In this document: positions 1 through 8,832 of the stretch, in pieces | Layout: the number at the start of each line of letters is the position of its first letter | Numbering within the stretch: the stretch's first letter is position 1 | Assembly (NCBI GenBank): GCA_963775425.1 | Contig: CAVZJB010000006.1 | Coordinates: 160,001 to 224,000 of the forward strand | Direction of reading: 5' to 3' | DNA: 64,000 nt | Source: an uncultured delta proteobacterium | GTDB lineage: Bacteria; Myxococcota; UBA727; VGSZ01 | Program-made: the position numbers and the translations under genes | Notes under the pieces: generated by a model | Seen by the model: the letters and a program-made list of their open reading frames with translations, nothing else | What the model was told of the DNA's origin: nothing | The model's database searches: none

Positions 1-2
1 AC

Positions 3-695
3 AACCGGACCGAGGCGCGCGGCGGACACGACCGCCTCTGGCTGCTGTCCGGCTCCGGCGGCTCGGTGCGGCTGAGCCCCGAGCTGTCGCTGCTCGGGCG
101 CTACAACATCGCGCTGGCCCAGGATCTCGCGCTGTCGGAGCGCGAGGCGTACTTCGAGGAGGGCGCGTTCGGCGTCGCTTATCGCCCCGTGACCCACGAT
201 TGGTTCAGCGTGCTGGCCAAGATCTCCCGGCGCGTCGACGTGCGGCCGCTGTCGCTGGAGGCCGGCACCAGCGACGACTACACGGCGCACGCCATGAGCG
301 TCGAGCCCATCGTGGAGCTGCCGTGGAAGGTGCAGCTCGTCGAGAAGCTCGCGCTCAAGCACGCGAGCGAGAAGCTCGACGACGTGCCGGAGGCGAACGC
401 GCTCACGGGTCTGTGGATAAACCGCGTCAACCTCCACGCGCTCGGGCTCATCAAGTCGCTCGGCGTGAAGCAGCCGCTGCCCGGGGAGATCGACCTCGGC
501 GTCGAGTACCGCGTGCTCGCCGGCTTCACCTACGGCACGGTGGAGCACGGCCCGCTCGTCGAGGTGCAGGTGGCGCCGGTGGAGTACTTCCGCGTCGGCG
601 TCGGCTACAACTTCACGAGCTTCTCCGACGACGAGCTCGACTCCGGCAAGCTCGACCGCAGCGGCTTCTTCGTCCGCGCCGTCGGCAGCTTCTAG
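3..695 (+). CDS. 5'-truncated large outer-membrane protein, C-terminal beta-barrel region
   Basis: Frame open from the window edge. Amphipathic beta strands, ending VGVGYNFTSFSDD...GFFVRAVGSF with a terminal Phe (beta-signal). Confidence 0.7.
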   Translation, partial: NRTEARGGHDRLWLLSGSGGSVRLSPELSLLGRYNIALAQDLALSEREAYFEEGAFGVAYRPVTHDWFSVLAKISRRVDVRPLSLEAGTSDDYTAHAMSVEPIVELPWKVQLVEKLALKHASEKLDDVPEANALTGLWINRVNLHALGLIKSLGVKQPLPGEIDLGVEYRVLAGFTYGTVEHGPLVEVQVAPVEYFRVGVGYNFTSFSDDELDSGKLDRSGFFVRAVGSF

Positions 696-1706
696 TCAGC
701 TCGTGAGCACGACCTTGCCGATGTTCTTGCGCTCCTGGATGAAGCGGTGCGCAGCGGCGGCGTCGACGAGCGGGAAGCTCCTGGCGATGATGGGCTTGAT
801 GCGGCCGGCGTCGTAGTCGGCGAGCAGGCCGAGGGCCTCGCGCCGCAGCAGGTCGATGTGGTCCCACAGGTGACCGAGGTTCACGCCGATGACGGCCTTG
901 TTGTCGTTCATCAGCTTGATGGGGTGAAACCACGGGAGCTTGACGACGGAGAGGAGCGCGCGCACCCGCGACGGCGCCATGCCCGACGACGCCTGCGACA
1001 GGCCGAAGCAGAACAGCCGGCCGAGCGGCGCCAGGCAGCGGTAGCTCTTCGCGAACGCCCCGGTGGCGTCGAGGACGATGTCGACGCCGCGGCCGTCGGT
1101 GATGCGCTTGACGGCCTCTTCGAAGTCCTCGGTGCGGTAGTCGATGCAGTGCGTGACGCCCATCCCCCTGAGCGTCTCGTGCTTGGACGCCGAGGCCGTG
1201 CCGATGACCTCGGCGCCGGCGATGCGGCACAACTGGATGGCCGCCATGCCGACGCCGCCGGCGGCGGCGTGCACGAGGACGCGCTCGTCGCTCTTCACGT
1301 TGCCGAGCGTGCGCAGCATCAGCAGCGCCGTCAGGTAGTTCACGGGGATGGCCGCGCCCTCCTCGAAGGACATCGCCGCCGGCATCGGGAAGACCTGCGC
1401 CGCCGGGACGGCCACGGCCTCGGCGTAGCCGCCGAAGCGGGTGAGGGCGAGCACGCGGTCGCCGGCCTTCACGCCGGTGACGCCGTCGCCGGTCTGCTCG
1501 ACCACGCCCGCGACCTCGTATCCGACGACGCAGGGAAACGGCGGCGCGTCGGGGTAGACGCCCAGGCGGGCGGAGACGTCGGCGAAGTTGATGCCGCTCG
1601 CCGTCACGCGGACGAGCACCTCGCCGGGCTTCGCCGCAGGGTCCGGTCCCTCCCGGACTTCGAGGACTTCGGGCGGGCCGGCGCGAGGGATCCAGACGGA
1701 GCGCAT
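696..1706 (-). CDS. MDR-family NADPH:quinone oxidoreductase (VAT-1-like)
   Basis: GINFAD, GYEVAG and AAAGGVG motifs; C-terminal NIGKVVL. ATG at 1706. Confidence 0.9.
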   Translation of the reverse strand: MRSVWIPRAGPPEVLEVREGPDPAAKPGEVLVRVTASGINFADVSARLGVYPDAPPFPCVVGYEVAGVVEQTGDGVTGVKAGDRVLALTRFGGYAEAVAVPAAQVFPMPAAMSFEEGAAIPVNYLTALLMLRTLGNVKSDERVLVHAAAGGVGMAAIQLCRIAGAEVIGTASASKHETLRGMGVTHCIDYRTEDFEEAVKRITDGRGVDIVLDATGAFAKSYRCLAPLGRLFCFGLSQASSGMAPSRVRALLSVVKLPWFHPIKLMNDNKAVIGVNLGHLWDHIDLLRREALGLLADYDAGRIKPIIARSFPLVDAAAAHRFIQERKNIGKVVLTS

Positions 1707-1795
1707 GACGCGGCGGTACCGCCGCTGGCGCGCCCGCGTCAATGCGGAATGCGTCGCGTTCGCGCTATCGTGAACCGGTCTTGGCGGAGGGGCGT

Positions 1796-3472
1796 ATGGG
1801 AGCGGACGTCGACGTGCTGGTCATCGGAGCGGGCCCCACGGGCCTCGCGCTCGCGATCGAGCTTCATCGCTGGGGGCTGCGCTGCCGGCTGGTCGACAAG
1901 CTCGCGGCGCCGGCGCGGGTGACCAAGGCGTCGGGCGTGATGCCGCGGACGCTCGAGGTGCTCGACGGCATGGGCGTCGGCGAGCCCCTGCGGGCCGCGG
2001 GCCTCCCGCTGCGCGGGATGACGACGTGGGCCGAGGAGCACCAAAAGCTCATGGACCTCAGCTTCGACGGCGTGGACTCCCCGTGGCCGATGGTGGTGAG
2101 CCTCCCGCAGTACGAGACCGAGCGCCTCCTCACCGAGCGGCTCACGGCGCTCGGCGGCCGCATCGACCGCTGCCTCGACGTCGTCGGGCTCGAGGACAAC
2201 GACGACGGCGTGCGCGTCACCCTCGAGCGGGACGGCGGCGGCCGCGAGGACATGACGGCGTCGTACGTCGTCGGCAGCGACGGCGCGCACTCCTTCGTGC
2301 GCCATCACCTCGGGCTCACCTTCGAAGGCGCGGCGTACCCCGAGGACTTCCTCGTCGTGCACGCCGGCATCGACTGGGACCTGCCGCCCGATCGCATCGG
2401 CATGGTGCTCAGCAGGAAGGGGATGATCTTCGGCAACCCGCTGCCCGACGGCCGCTGGATCATGACCGGCGATCTGCCTCAGGGCACCGAGCACCATCAC
2501 ACGCCGACGGTGGCCGACGTGCAGGCGCTCCTCGACGGCCGCGCGCCGCCGGGGAGCAAGGCGCGCGACCTCGTGTGGGCTTCGTACTTCCGCATCCACC
2601 ACCGCCAGGTGAACCGCTACGGCAAGGGCCGCATGTTCGTCGCCGGCGACGCCGCCCACGTGCACTCCCCCGCGGGCGGCCAGGGCATGAACACCGGCAT
2701 CCAGGACGCCGTGAACCTCGGCTGGAAGCTCGCGCTCGTCGTCACCGGCGCCGCCGACGCCAGGATCCTCGAGAGCTACGACGCCGAGCGCCGCCCGGTG
2801 GGCAAAGAGGTGCTGAAGTTCGCCAACCAGGTGCAGGTCTCCTCCACCATCCACCACCCGGTGCTGCAAAAGCTCAGGGACACGGTGCTCGTCGCCGCCG
2901 GCCAGCTCGAGGTGGTCCGTCACCTCACGCTCGGCCAGATGAGCGAGGTGGCGTACACCTACCGTCACGGACCGCTGGCGGCCGAGCACACCGACCCGGG
3001 CTTCCACCTGCACCGCGACGCGCGCCACGCCACCTTCGACGACTGCCTCGCGTTTCATCACGGCCCCGTCGCCGGCGACCGCGCCCCCGACGTGCCTCTC
3101 GGAGACGGCCGCCTGTACTCCAGGCTCGGCGGCGCGGCATTCCACGCGTTGCTGTTCGAGGGCACGCACCGGCCGCTCGACGCCGAGCCCGATCTCATCC
3201 GGATGGCGCGCGCGATGCGCGAGGCCTGGGGCGATCGCGTGCGCGTGAGCGTGGTGACGCCGTACGCAGAGCCGCCGGAGGCCGTCGCCGACGACGTCGA
3301 CGTCGTCACCGATCCCTTCCAGGCCGCGCACAAGCGCTACGGCGCCCGCGGCCCGTGCCTCTACCTCGTGCGCCCCGACGGCTACGTGCTGTACCGGTGC
3401 CAGAGCCCGGACGCCGCCCGCGCGGCGCGCTTCGCCACGGGCGCGGGCATCAAGCTCGCGGTGCCCGCGTGA
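1796..3472 (+). CDS. FAD-dependent monooxygenase (PheA/TfdB-like)
   Basis: GAGPTG, DGAHSFVR and GDAAHVHSPAGGQGMNTGIQDA motifs; C-terminal LVRPDGYV thioredoxin-like domain. GGAGG precedes ATG 1796. Confidence 0.92.
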   Translation: MGADVDVLVIGAGPTGLALAIELHRWGLRCRLVDKLAAPARVTKASGVMPRTLEVLDGMGVGEPLRAAGLPLRGMTTWAEEHQKLMDLSFDGVDSPWPMVVSLPQYETERLLTERLTALGGRIDRCLDVVGLEDNDDGVRVTLERDGGGREDMTASYVVGSDGAHSFVRHHLGLTFEGAAYPEDFLVVHAGIDWDLPPDRIGMVLSRKGMIFGNPLPDGRWIMTGDLPQGTEHHHTPTVADVQALLDGRAPPGSKARDLVWASYFRIHHRQVNRYGKGRMFVAGDAAHVHSPAGGQGMNTGIQDAVNLGWKLALVVTGAADARILESYDAERRPVGKEVLKFANQVQVSSTIHHPVLQKLRDTVLVAAGQLEVVRHLTLGQMSEVAYTYRHGPLAAEHTDPGFHLHRDARHATFDDCLAFHHGPVAGDRAPDVPLGDGRLYSRLGGAAFHALLFEGTHRPLDAEPDLIRMARAMREAWGDRVRVSVVTPYAEPPEAVADDVDVVTDPFQAAHKRYGARGPCLYLVRPDGYVLYRCQSPDAARAARFATGAGIKLAVPA

Positions 3473-4059
3473 CGGCGCCGCTCGGCGCGCTCAAGTACCT
3501 GTACATGGGCACGTCTCGCTTCGACGACGACGTCCGCTACTACAAGGACGTCATCGGCGCCGAGCAGCTCTGGAGCTTCGACAAATTCGGCGCGCGCGTG
3601 GCGGCGTTCTCCGTCGCCGAGGGCCCGCTCCTCCTCGTCGCCGATCACCGGCCGGCGCCGAGCTGCATGCCCGTGTTCGCCGTCGACGACCTCGACGCGT
3701 GCGCGGCCGGGCTGCGCGCGCGGGGCTGGAAGGAGAAGCACGCGGTGGAGATCCCCGACGGGCCGTGCTTCACCTTCGAGGACGCGAGCGGAAACGAGCT
3801 CGCCGTCTTCGGCAACGTCCGGCCCGACGCGTTGACCAGGGCGTTCGTTGAGCCGTCGCCGGCGCGCGCAGGCGACGCGTCCGCGCGCCGAACATCACGA
3901 GGCCGCAGTCGCCGCCGGCGGCGAAGATCGCGGAGGTGCCGCCGCTGCGGGCGACGGCGACGGACGCGGGGCTGCAGGGGAGCGCGGGCGCGCGGGAGGA
4001 GACGTCGCCGACGTCGTCGACGACGGCGACGGCGGGGCCGTCGGCGCCGTCGACGATGA
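3469..4059 (+). CDS. VOC/glyoxalase family protein (3' end uncertain)
   Basis: GTGA overlap with the upstream stop; YYKDVIG...FAVDDLD...FEDASGNEL pattern. The tail after ~3850 is Arg-rich and overlaps a convergent gene. Confidence 0.75.
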   Translation: MTAPLGALKYLYMGTSRFDDDVRYYKDVIGAEQLWSFDKFGARVAAFSVAEGPLLLVADHRPAPSCMPVFAVDDLDACAAGLRARGWKEKHAVEIPDGPCFTFEDASGNELAVFGNVRPDALTRAFVEPSPARAGDASARRTSRGRSRRRRRRSRRCRRCGRRRRTRGCRGARARGRRRRRRRRRRRRRGRRRRRR

Positions 4060-5656
4060 CGGCGAGGGCGTCGCCGTCGAGGGCGGCGGGGCCGTCGGCG
4101 CGCGCGCCGTCGGGCAGCGCGAAGGGGGCGCCGAAGGTGTCGCCGCCGTCGAGCGAGAAGGTGAGCGAGCCGTCGGTGACGAGCCACGCCGTGCGCGAGG
4201 AGGGCAGGGCCGCCGCCCGCAGCACGCGCGAGGTGCCGAGGCGCGCCGAGACGCCGTCGCCTTCGAGGAAGAACGCGCCGCCGGGGCCGTTGGCGGAGAG
4301 GGTCCCCGCGGCGCTCGCGGCGAGGTCGCCGCCGGGCGTGCCGACGTCGACGAGCGCGGCGCTCCACGTGGCGCCGTCGTCGAACGACGAATCGAGGCCG
4401 CTGCGGCGCGCCGCGCGCAGGGCGCCGTCGGCGGGCGAAGCGGCCACGTCGGTGACGAGCCCGCGCGGGAGGTCGCCGAGGGGCGCGGCGTCGAGGGAGC
4501 CGCCGTCGAGGCGCCACATCTGCGACGCCGTGGCGACGAAGAACGTCGCGCCGTCGTGGCTCAGGGCCACCGCGCGATCGCCGAGATCGACGGCGCCGCC
4601 GTCGACGACGACGCCGGTGGCGACCGTGAACGCCACGTGGGCGGCGCCGACGTCGATGACGCCCGCGCCGGGCGAGGGCGCGGCCGTCGTCTCGTCCCAG
4701 GTGTCGCCGCCGTCTTCCGTGCGCAGGAGCGCGCGGCTCTCGCGCACGACGGCGACGCCGGGCGCGGTGTCGTCGGCGGCGACGGGGTTTGCATCCGGCG
4801 CCGGGGACAGCTCGTCGACGCGCGGGCCTTGCGCGAAGGTGTCGCCGCCGTCGGCGCTGACGAAGACGGCGGGCGGCACCGAGGTGGTGACATAGACGCG
4901 GAGCGGATCGCCCGCGTCGACGGCGAGCCCGGTGATCACCCCCGAGGGGTCGGCCACGGAGACGAGCGCGCCGAAGGTCGCGCCGCCGTCGTCGGACCGC
5001 CGCACGCCGCTGCCCTCGACGACGTACAGCACGCTCGCGTCGGACGGCGCGAAGACCGCGCGCTGCTGTCCGGGCGCGCAGCGAAAGGGCGCGCTCCCGT
5101 CGCCGCCGCGCGCGGCCGCGACGCACGACGCCCCGGCGGCGGGGTCGACGAGCTGCCAACCGCCCTCGTCGAGGACGGCGAGGCCTGCGCTCGACGCGGC
5201 GAAGAGCCGCGCGCCGTCGTCGGCGAGCGACACGCCGTCGTCGACCGGGGCGCTCTGGGCGACGAGCGAAAACGGCGCGCCGTCGCTCGGGGACGACCAC
5301 ACGCCGCCGGCGGACGCGAGGGCGGCGGCGGCGTCGGCGCCGGCGGCGACGGCGTTGACGACGCCGCGCGGGCCGTCGACGCGGGCGAAGGTGACGGCGC
5401 AGTCGCCGGAGCGGTAGAGGCCGTCGAGGGTGCCGGCGAGGATCACGCCGGGCGCGCGGTCGTCGGCGGCGACGCTGACGGCGGCGGCGGCGAGGCCGGC
5501 ACCGGCGCCGAGCGACACCCAGGCGCCGCCGGTGTCGGTGAGCTTGCACTCCGCCCTGGGTGCGTCGGGCGGCACCTTGCGCGGCTCGCAGGCGAGGAGC
5601 GCGAACGCGGCCGCCGAGAAGCAGACCGCGCGCGCGCCACCGCCGGGCCAGGTCAC
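3770..5656 (-). CDS. Lipoprotein with BNR/Asp-box beta-propeller repeats
   Basis: Lipobox-like LLAC; repeated SxDGGxTF/W boxes. Start overlaps the SPFH stop (GTGA). Confidence 0.7.
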   Translation of the reverse strand: MTWPGGGARAVCFSAAAFALLACEPRKVPPDAPRAECKLTDTGGAWVSLGAGAGLAAAAVSVAADDRAPGVILAGTLDGLYRSGDCAVTFARVDGPRGVVNAVAAGADAAAALASAGGVWSSPSDGAPFSLVAQSAPVDDGVSLADDGARLFAASSAGLAVLDEGGWQLVDPAAGASCVAAARGGDGSAPFRCAPGQQRAVFAPSDASVLYVVEGSGVRRSDDGGATFGALVSVADPSGVITGLAVDAGDPLRVYVTTSVPPAVFVSADGGDTFAQGPRVDELSPAPDANPVAADDTAPGVAVVRESRALLRTEDGGDTWDETTAAPSPGAGVIDVGAAHVAFTVATGVVVDGGAVDLGDRAVALSHDGATFFVATASQMWRLDGGSLDAAPLGDLPRGLVTDVAASPADGALRAARRSGLDSSFDDGATWSAALVDVGTPGGDLAASAAGTLSANGPGGAFFLEGDGVSARLGTSRVLRAAALPSSRTAWLVTDGSLTFSLDGGDTFGAPFALPDGARADGPAALDGDALAVIVDGADGPAVAVVDDVGDVSSRAPALPCSPASVAVARSGGTSAIFAAGGDCGLVMFGARTRRLRAPATAQRTPWSTRRAGRCRRRRARFRSRPRR

Positions 5657-6651
5657 TCGCGTTTCACGGCGACCGGCAGCGGCTGCGGCACCGCCGCGCG
5701 CGCCGGGGCTGCGCCGCTTTGCTTCGGGACCGCGTCGCCCGCGCCGAGCCCGACGCCGCCCAGGATCTCGTCGACCTTGGTGAGGTCCGCGGGGAGGACC
5801 ACGCGGGCGCCGCGGGCGAGCGCGCCGAGCTTGGAGATGTACGCCTGGCTCAAGCGCAGGTTCACGGCGTCGGCGCCGCCCTGGCCATGGATGGCGTCGC
5901 CCGTGAGCCGGATGGACTCCGCGGTGGCCTGCGCGAGCGCGAGGATCTCGGAGGCGCGGCCCTCCGCCTCGTTCACCCGGCGCTGCATCTCGCCCTGGGA
6001 GCGGTTGATCATCTCCTGCTTCTTGCCTTCGCTGTCGTTGATGCGCGCCTGCTTCTCGCCCTCGGCGCGCGCGAGCAGCGCGCGCTTGTCACGCTCCGCA
6101 CCCATCTGCCGCTCCATGGCGTTCTTCACCGACGGCGGCGGCACGATGTTCTTCACCTCGTAGCGGTGCACCTTGATGCCCCACGCGGTGCTCGTCTCGT
6201 TGAGCGCGCTGATGACGCGGGCGTTGATGTTCTCGCGCTCCTCGAAGGTGCGGTCGAGCTCGAGAGTGCCGATGACGGCGCGGGTGGTGGTCTGCGCGAG
6301 CTGCACAGCCGCGCTCCTGTAGTTGACGATGCCGTAGCTCGCCTGCTTGGAGTTCACCACCTGCATGTAGACGATGCCGTCGACCTCGACGCGCACGTTG
6401 TCCTTGGTGAAGCAGTCCTGCGGTGGGACCTCGATGGCCTCCTCCTTCATGTCGACGTTGAACGCGACGCGATCGAGGAAAGGCAGCAGGACGTGCAGGC
6501 CGGGGCCGAGGGTCTCATGGTAGCGGCCGAGCCGCTCGACGATGAGCTCCTTCATGTTCGGCACCATGCGCACGGAGCGCAGGAGCTTCACCGCGAAGTA
6601 GAGGCCGAAGATCGACCAGATGACGACGGCGGCGACGTTGAGACCGTTCAC
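5653..6651 (-). CDS. SPFH/band-7 stomatin-like (paraslipin) protein
   Basis: ERLGRY...LGPGLH, TKDNVRVEVDG, WGIKVHRYEVKNI and MERQMGAERDKRA motifs. Confidence 0.92.
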   Translation of the reverse strand: MNGLNVAAVVIWSIFGLYFAVKLLRSVRMVPNMKELIVERLGRYHETLGPGLHVLLPFLDRVAFNVDMKEEAIEVPPQDCFTKDNVRVEVDGIVYMQVVNSKQASYGIVNYRSAAVQLAQTTTRAVIGTLELDRTFEERENINARVISALNETSTAWGIKVHRYEVKNIVPPPSVKNAMERQMGAERDKRALLARAEGEKQARINDSEGKKQEMINRSQGEMQRRVNEAEGRASEILALAQATAESIRLTGDAIHGQGGADAVNLRLSQAYISKLGALARGARVVLPADLTKVDEILGGVGLGAGDAVPKQSGAAPARAAVPQPLPVAVKRE

Positions 6652-7580
6652 GGCTTCTCCTTCATCGGTCCGGGCTCGAACGCGTTCCCGACCTTGGTCA
6701 TCCCCTCGAAGAAACCCTTCAACTGCGCGAGCTGCTGGGGAAGCACGCTCACCTCGGCACCTTCCAGGATGCGCCCGAGCTCTCCGATGTACTGCTCGGC
6801 GATCTGCATCTTCACGGCCTGGTGACCGCCGGGCGCCCGGATGGCGTCGGCGACGAGGGCGATGCTCTTGGCGCTGGCGTCGGCGACCAGGCGGATCTCC
6901 TGGGCGCGGCCGGTGGATTCGTTGATGCGCTTCTGCTTTTCGCCCTCGGAGAGGTTGATGGCTTCGATGCGCTCACCCTCCGAGATGTTGATCTTGGCTT
7001 CCTTCTGGCCGGTGGAGATGGTGATGGACGCGCGCTTCTGGCGCTCGGCCTCCATCTGCTTCTCCATGGTCTCGATCACGCGCGACGACGGCGAGATGCC
7101 CATGATCTCGTAGCGCATGACCTTGATGCCCCAAGGCGCCGACGCCTTGTCGATCTCGCGCACGATGCTCTCGTTCATCTTCTCGCGCTCCGAGAAGGTC
7201 TCCTCGAGGCTGAGCTTGCCGATCTCGCTGCGCATGGTGGTCTGCGCGAGGTTGATGGCCGCGAGGCGGTAGTCGCCGATGTTGTAGGAGGCGTCCTTGG
7301 CGTCTTCGACCTTGATGTAGACGATGCCGTCCACCTCGACCTGGATGTTGTCCTTGGTGATGCACATCTGCGGCGGCACGTCGATGGCCTGCTCGCGCAT
7401 CTCATGGCGGTACGCGGAGCGATCGAGCAGCGGGACCATGAAGTGAAAGCCCGGGGCGAGCACCCCCTGGAACTTGCCCACCCGCTCCTTCACCACGTTG
7501 TGCCGTTCGCTCACGACGATGAACGTGCGCGTGACGAAGAACGTGGCGACCGCTGCGCCTATGGTGATGAAAAAGAACAT
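6648..7580 (-). CDS. SPFH/band-7 stomatin-like (paraslipin) protein
   Basis: CITKDNIQVEVDG, LAQTTMRSEIG and WGIKVMRYEI motifs; paralogue of the neighbouring gene. Confidence 0.92.
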   Translation of the reverse strand: MFFFITIGAAVATFFVTRTFIVVSERHNVVKERVGKFQGVLAPGFHFMVPLLDRSAYRHEMREQAIDVPPQMCITKDNIQVEVDGIVYIKVEDAKDASYNIGDYRLAAINLAQTTMRSEIGKLSLEETFSEREKMNESIVREIDKASAPWGIKVMRYEIMGISPSSRVIETMEKQMEAERQKRASITISTGQKEAKINISEGERIEAINLSEGEKQKRINESTGRAQEIRLVADASAKSIALVADAIRAPGGHQAVKMQIAEQYIGELGRILEGAEVSVLPQQLAQLKGFFEGMTKVGNAFEPGPMKEKP

Positions 7581-8120
7581 CTAGCTTCCCCTCGTCTTTC
7601 CCTGCGTGACCTCGACGGCAGCCTCGGACGGCTGCTCCTCGAGGGTCGGCACTCGGTTGTTGTCGTCGAGCAGCGTCAGCGGCTCGACGACCCACACGGC
7701 CTTTTGCTTGTAGAAGAGCTTCGCGCGGCTGCCGGCGGGCAGCTTGCCCTCGGTGCAGCGGGCCGCCCAGGTGGTGCCCTGAAAACGGATGCGGCCGTTG
7801 TTGGTCTCGTCGTCGAGCGCCTCGACCACGTCGACGATCTCGCCGAGCGCGTCCTTCACCTCGTCGCTGCGGTCGAAGCGGGAGGCGCTGGCGCCGACGA
7901 GCTTCTTGGCGAGCGGCCGCAGCGGCAGCGTGAGCGCGAGCGACGCGATCGACCATACGAGCAGCGACATGGGCAGGCTCTCGAGGACACCGACGGCCCG
8001 CAGCCCGGCGACGATGAGCGCCGCCGCCCCGAGGAAGCCCGGCACCAAAGCAAGGTTCACCGCCTCGCTCGCGATGAGCAGCACGCCGGCGACGAGGAAG
8101 ACAATGGTGACCCAGTCCAC
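7581..8120 (-). CDS. NfeD family membrane protein
   Basis: GTG 8120; N-terminal TM helices plus OB-fold GRIRFQGTTWAA; canonical position next to SPFH genes. Confidence 0.85.
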   Translation of the reverse strand: MDWVTIVFLVAGVLLIASEAVNLALVPGFLGAAALIVAGLRAVGVLESLPMSLLVWSIASLALTLPLRPLAKKLVGASASRFDRSDEVKDALGEIVDVVEALDDETNNGRIRFQGTTWAARCTEGKLPAGSRAKLFYKQKAVWVVEPLTLLDDNNRVPTLEEQPSEAAVEVTQGKTRGS

Positions 8121-8226
8121 GGAAGGAGGTTCGACGCGGTGTGCCGTCGACGTCAACCCCCTGCGCGTTACGATCGTCGGCCTCGAGTGGAACGCCGCGG
8201 CGGCCGTGTGCGGGTACAGTGGGCCC

Positions 8227-8832
8227 ATGACCGAGCCCGTCGCCGCTTTGCGGGTGCCCGCGAACGAGCGCGGTCGCGTGCGCGTGCCGCTGTCGGGCAC
8301 GCTCGGCAACACGCTCTGCGTCCGCTGCGGCGGCCGCGCGACGCTCTCCCGGAGCTTGCTCGTCGACGGGCGCTACCGGTACCGCCCCCTCCTCGCCGCG
8401 CTCGGCGTCCTGTCCGCGTGGAGCGGGCCGGCGCTCGCCGTCATCGTGCCCATGCTCACCTTCATGCGCCGGGTCAGCCGGCACCACGCGCGGCTCGACG
8501 TCCGCATGTGCTCCGCCTGCGATGACTGGCTGGCCAGGCGCGCGCGCCGCTCCCGCACGCTCGAGGCCGCTGCGTCGCTCCTGCCGCTCGCGGGCGTCGG
8601 CGTCGGCGCGGTCTCCATCGGCGGCCTCGCCGGGATCATCCTCGGCCCCCTCGCCGGCGCCGCGGGCACCCTCCTCGCCGTCGTCGCCATCGAGCGGCGA
8701 CGCCCGCAGGACCGCGCGCGCCTGGTCGGGGCGGACGCGCAGGGGTGGATCCTCGACGTGCCCGCGTCCTGGAAGGACGCCGTCGAGAGTGATCCGGATC
8801 CGAGCGCCGCCGGGGTCTTCGAGCAGCCGTGA
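8227..8832 (+). CDS. Hypothetical membrane protein with two CxxC motifs
   Basis: ATG 8227; CVRC and CSAC flank a hydrophobic segment; stop overlaps the next start (GTGA). Confidence 0.55.
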   Translation: MTEPVAALRVPANERGRVRVPLSGTLGNTLCVRCGGRATLSRSLLVDGRYRYRPLLAALGVLSAWSGPALAVIVPMLTFMRRVSRHHARLDVRMCSACDDWLARRARRSRTLEAAASLLPLAGVGVGAVSIGGLAGIILGPLAGAAGTLLAVVAIERRRPQDRARLVGADAQGWILDVPASWKDAVESDPDPSAAGVFEQP

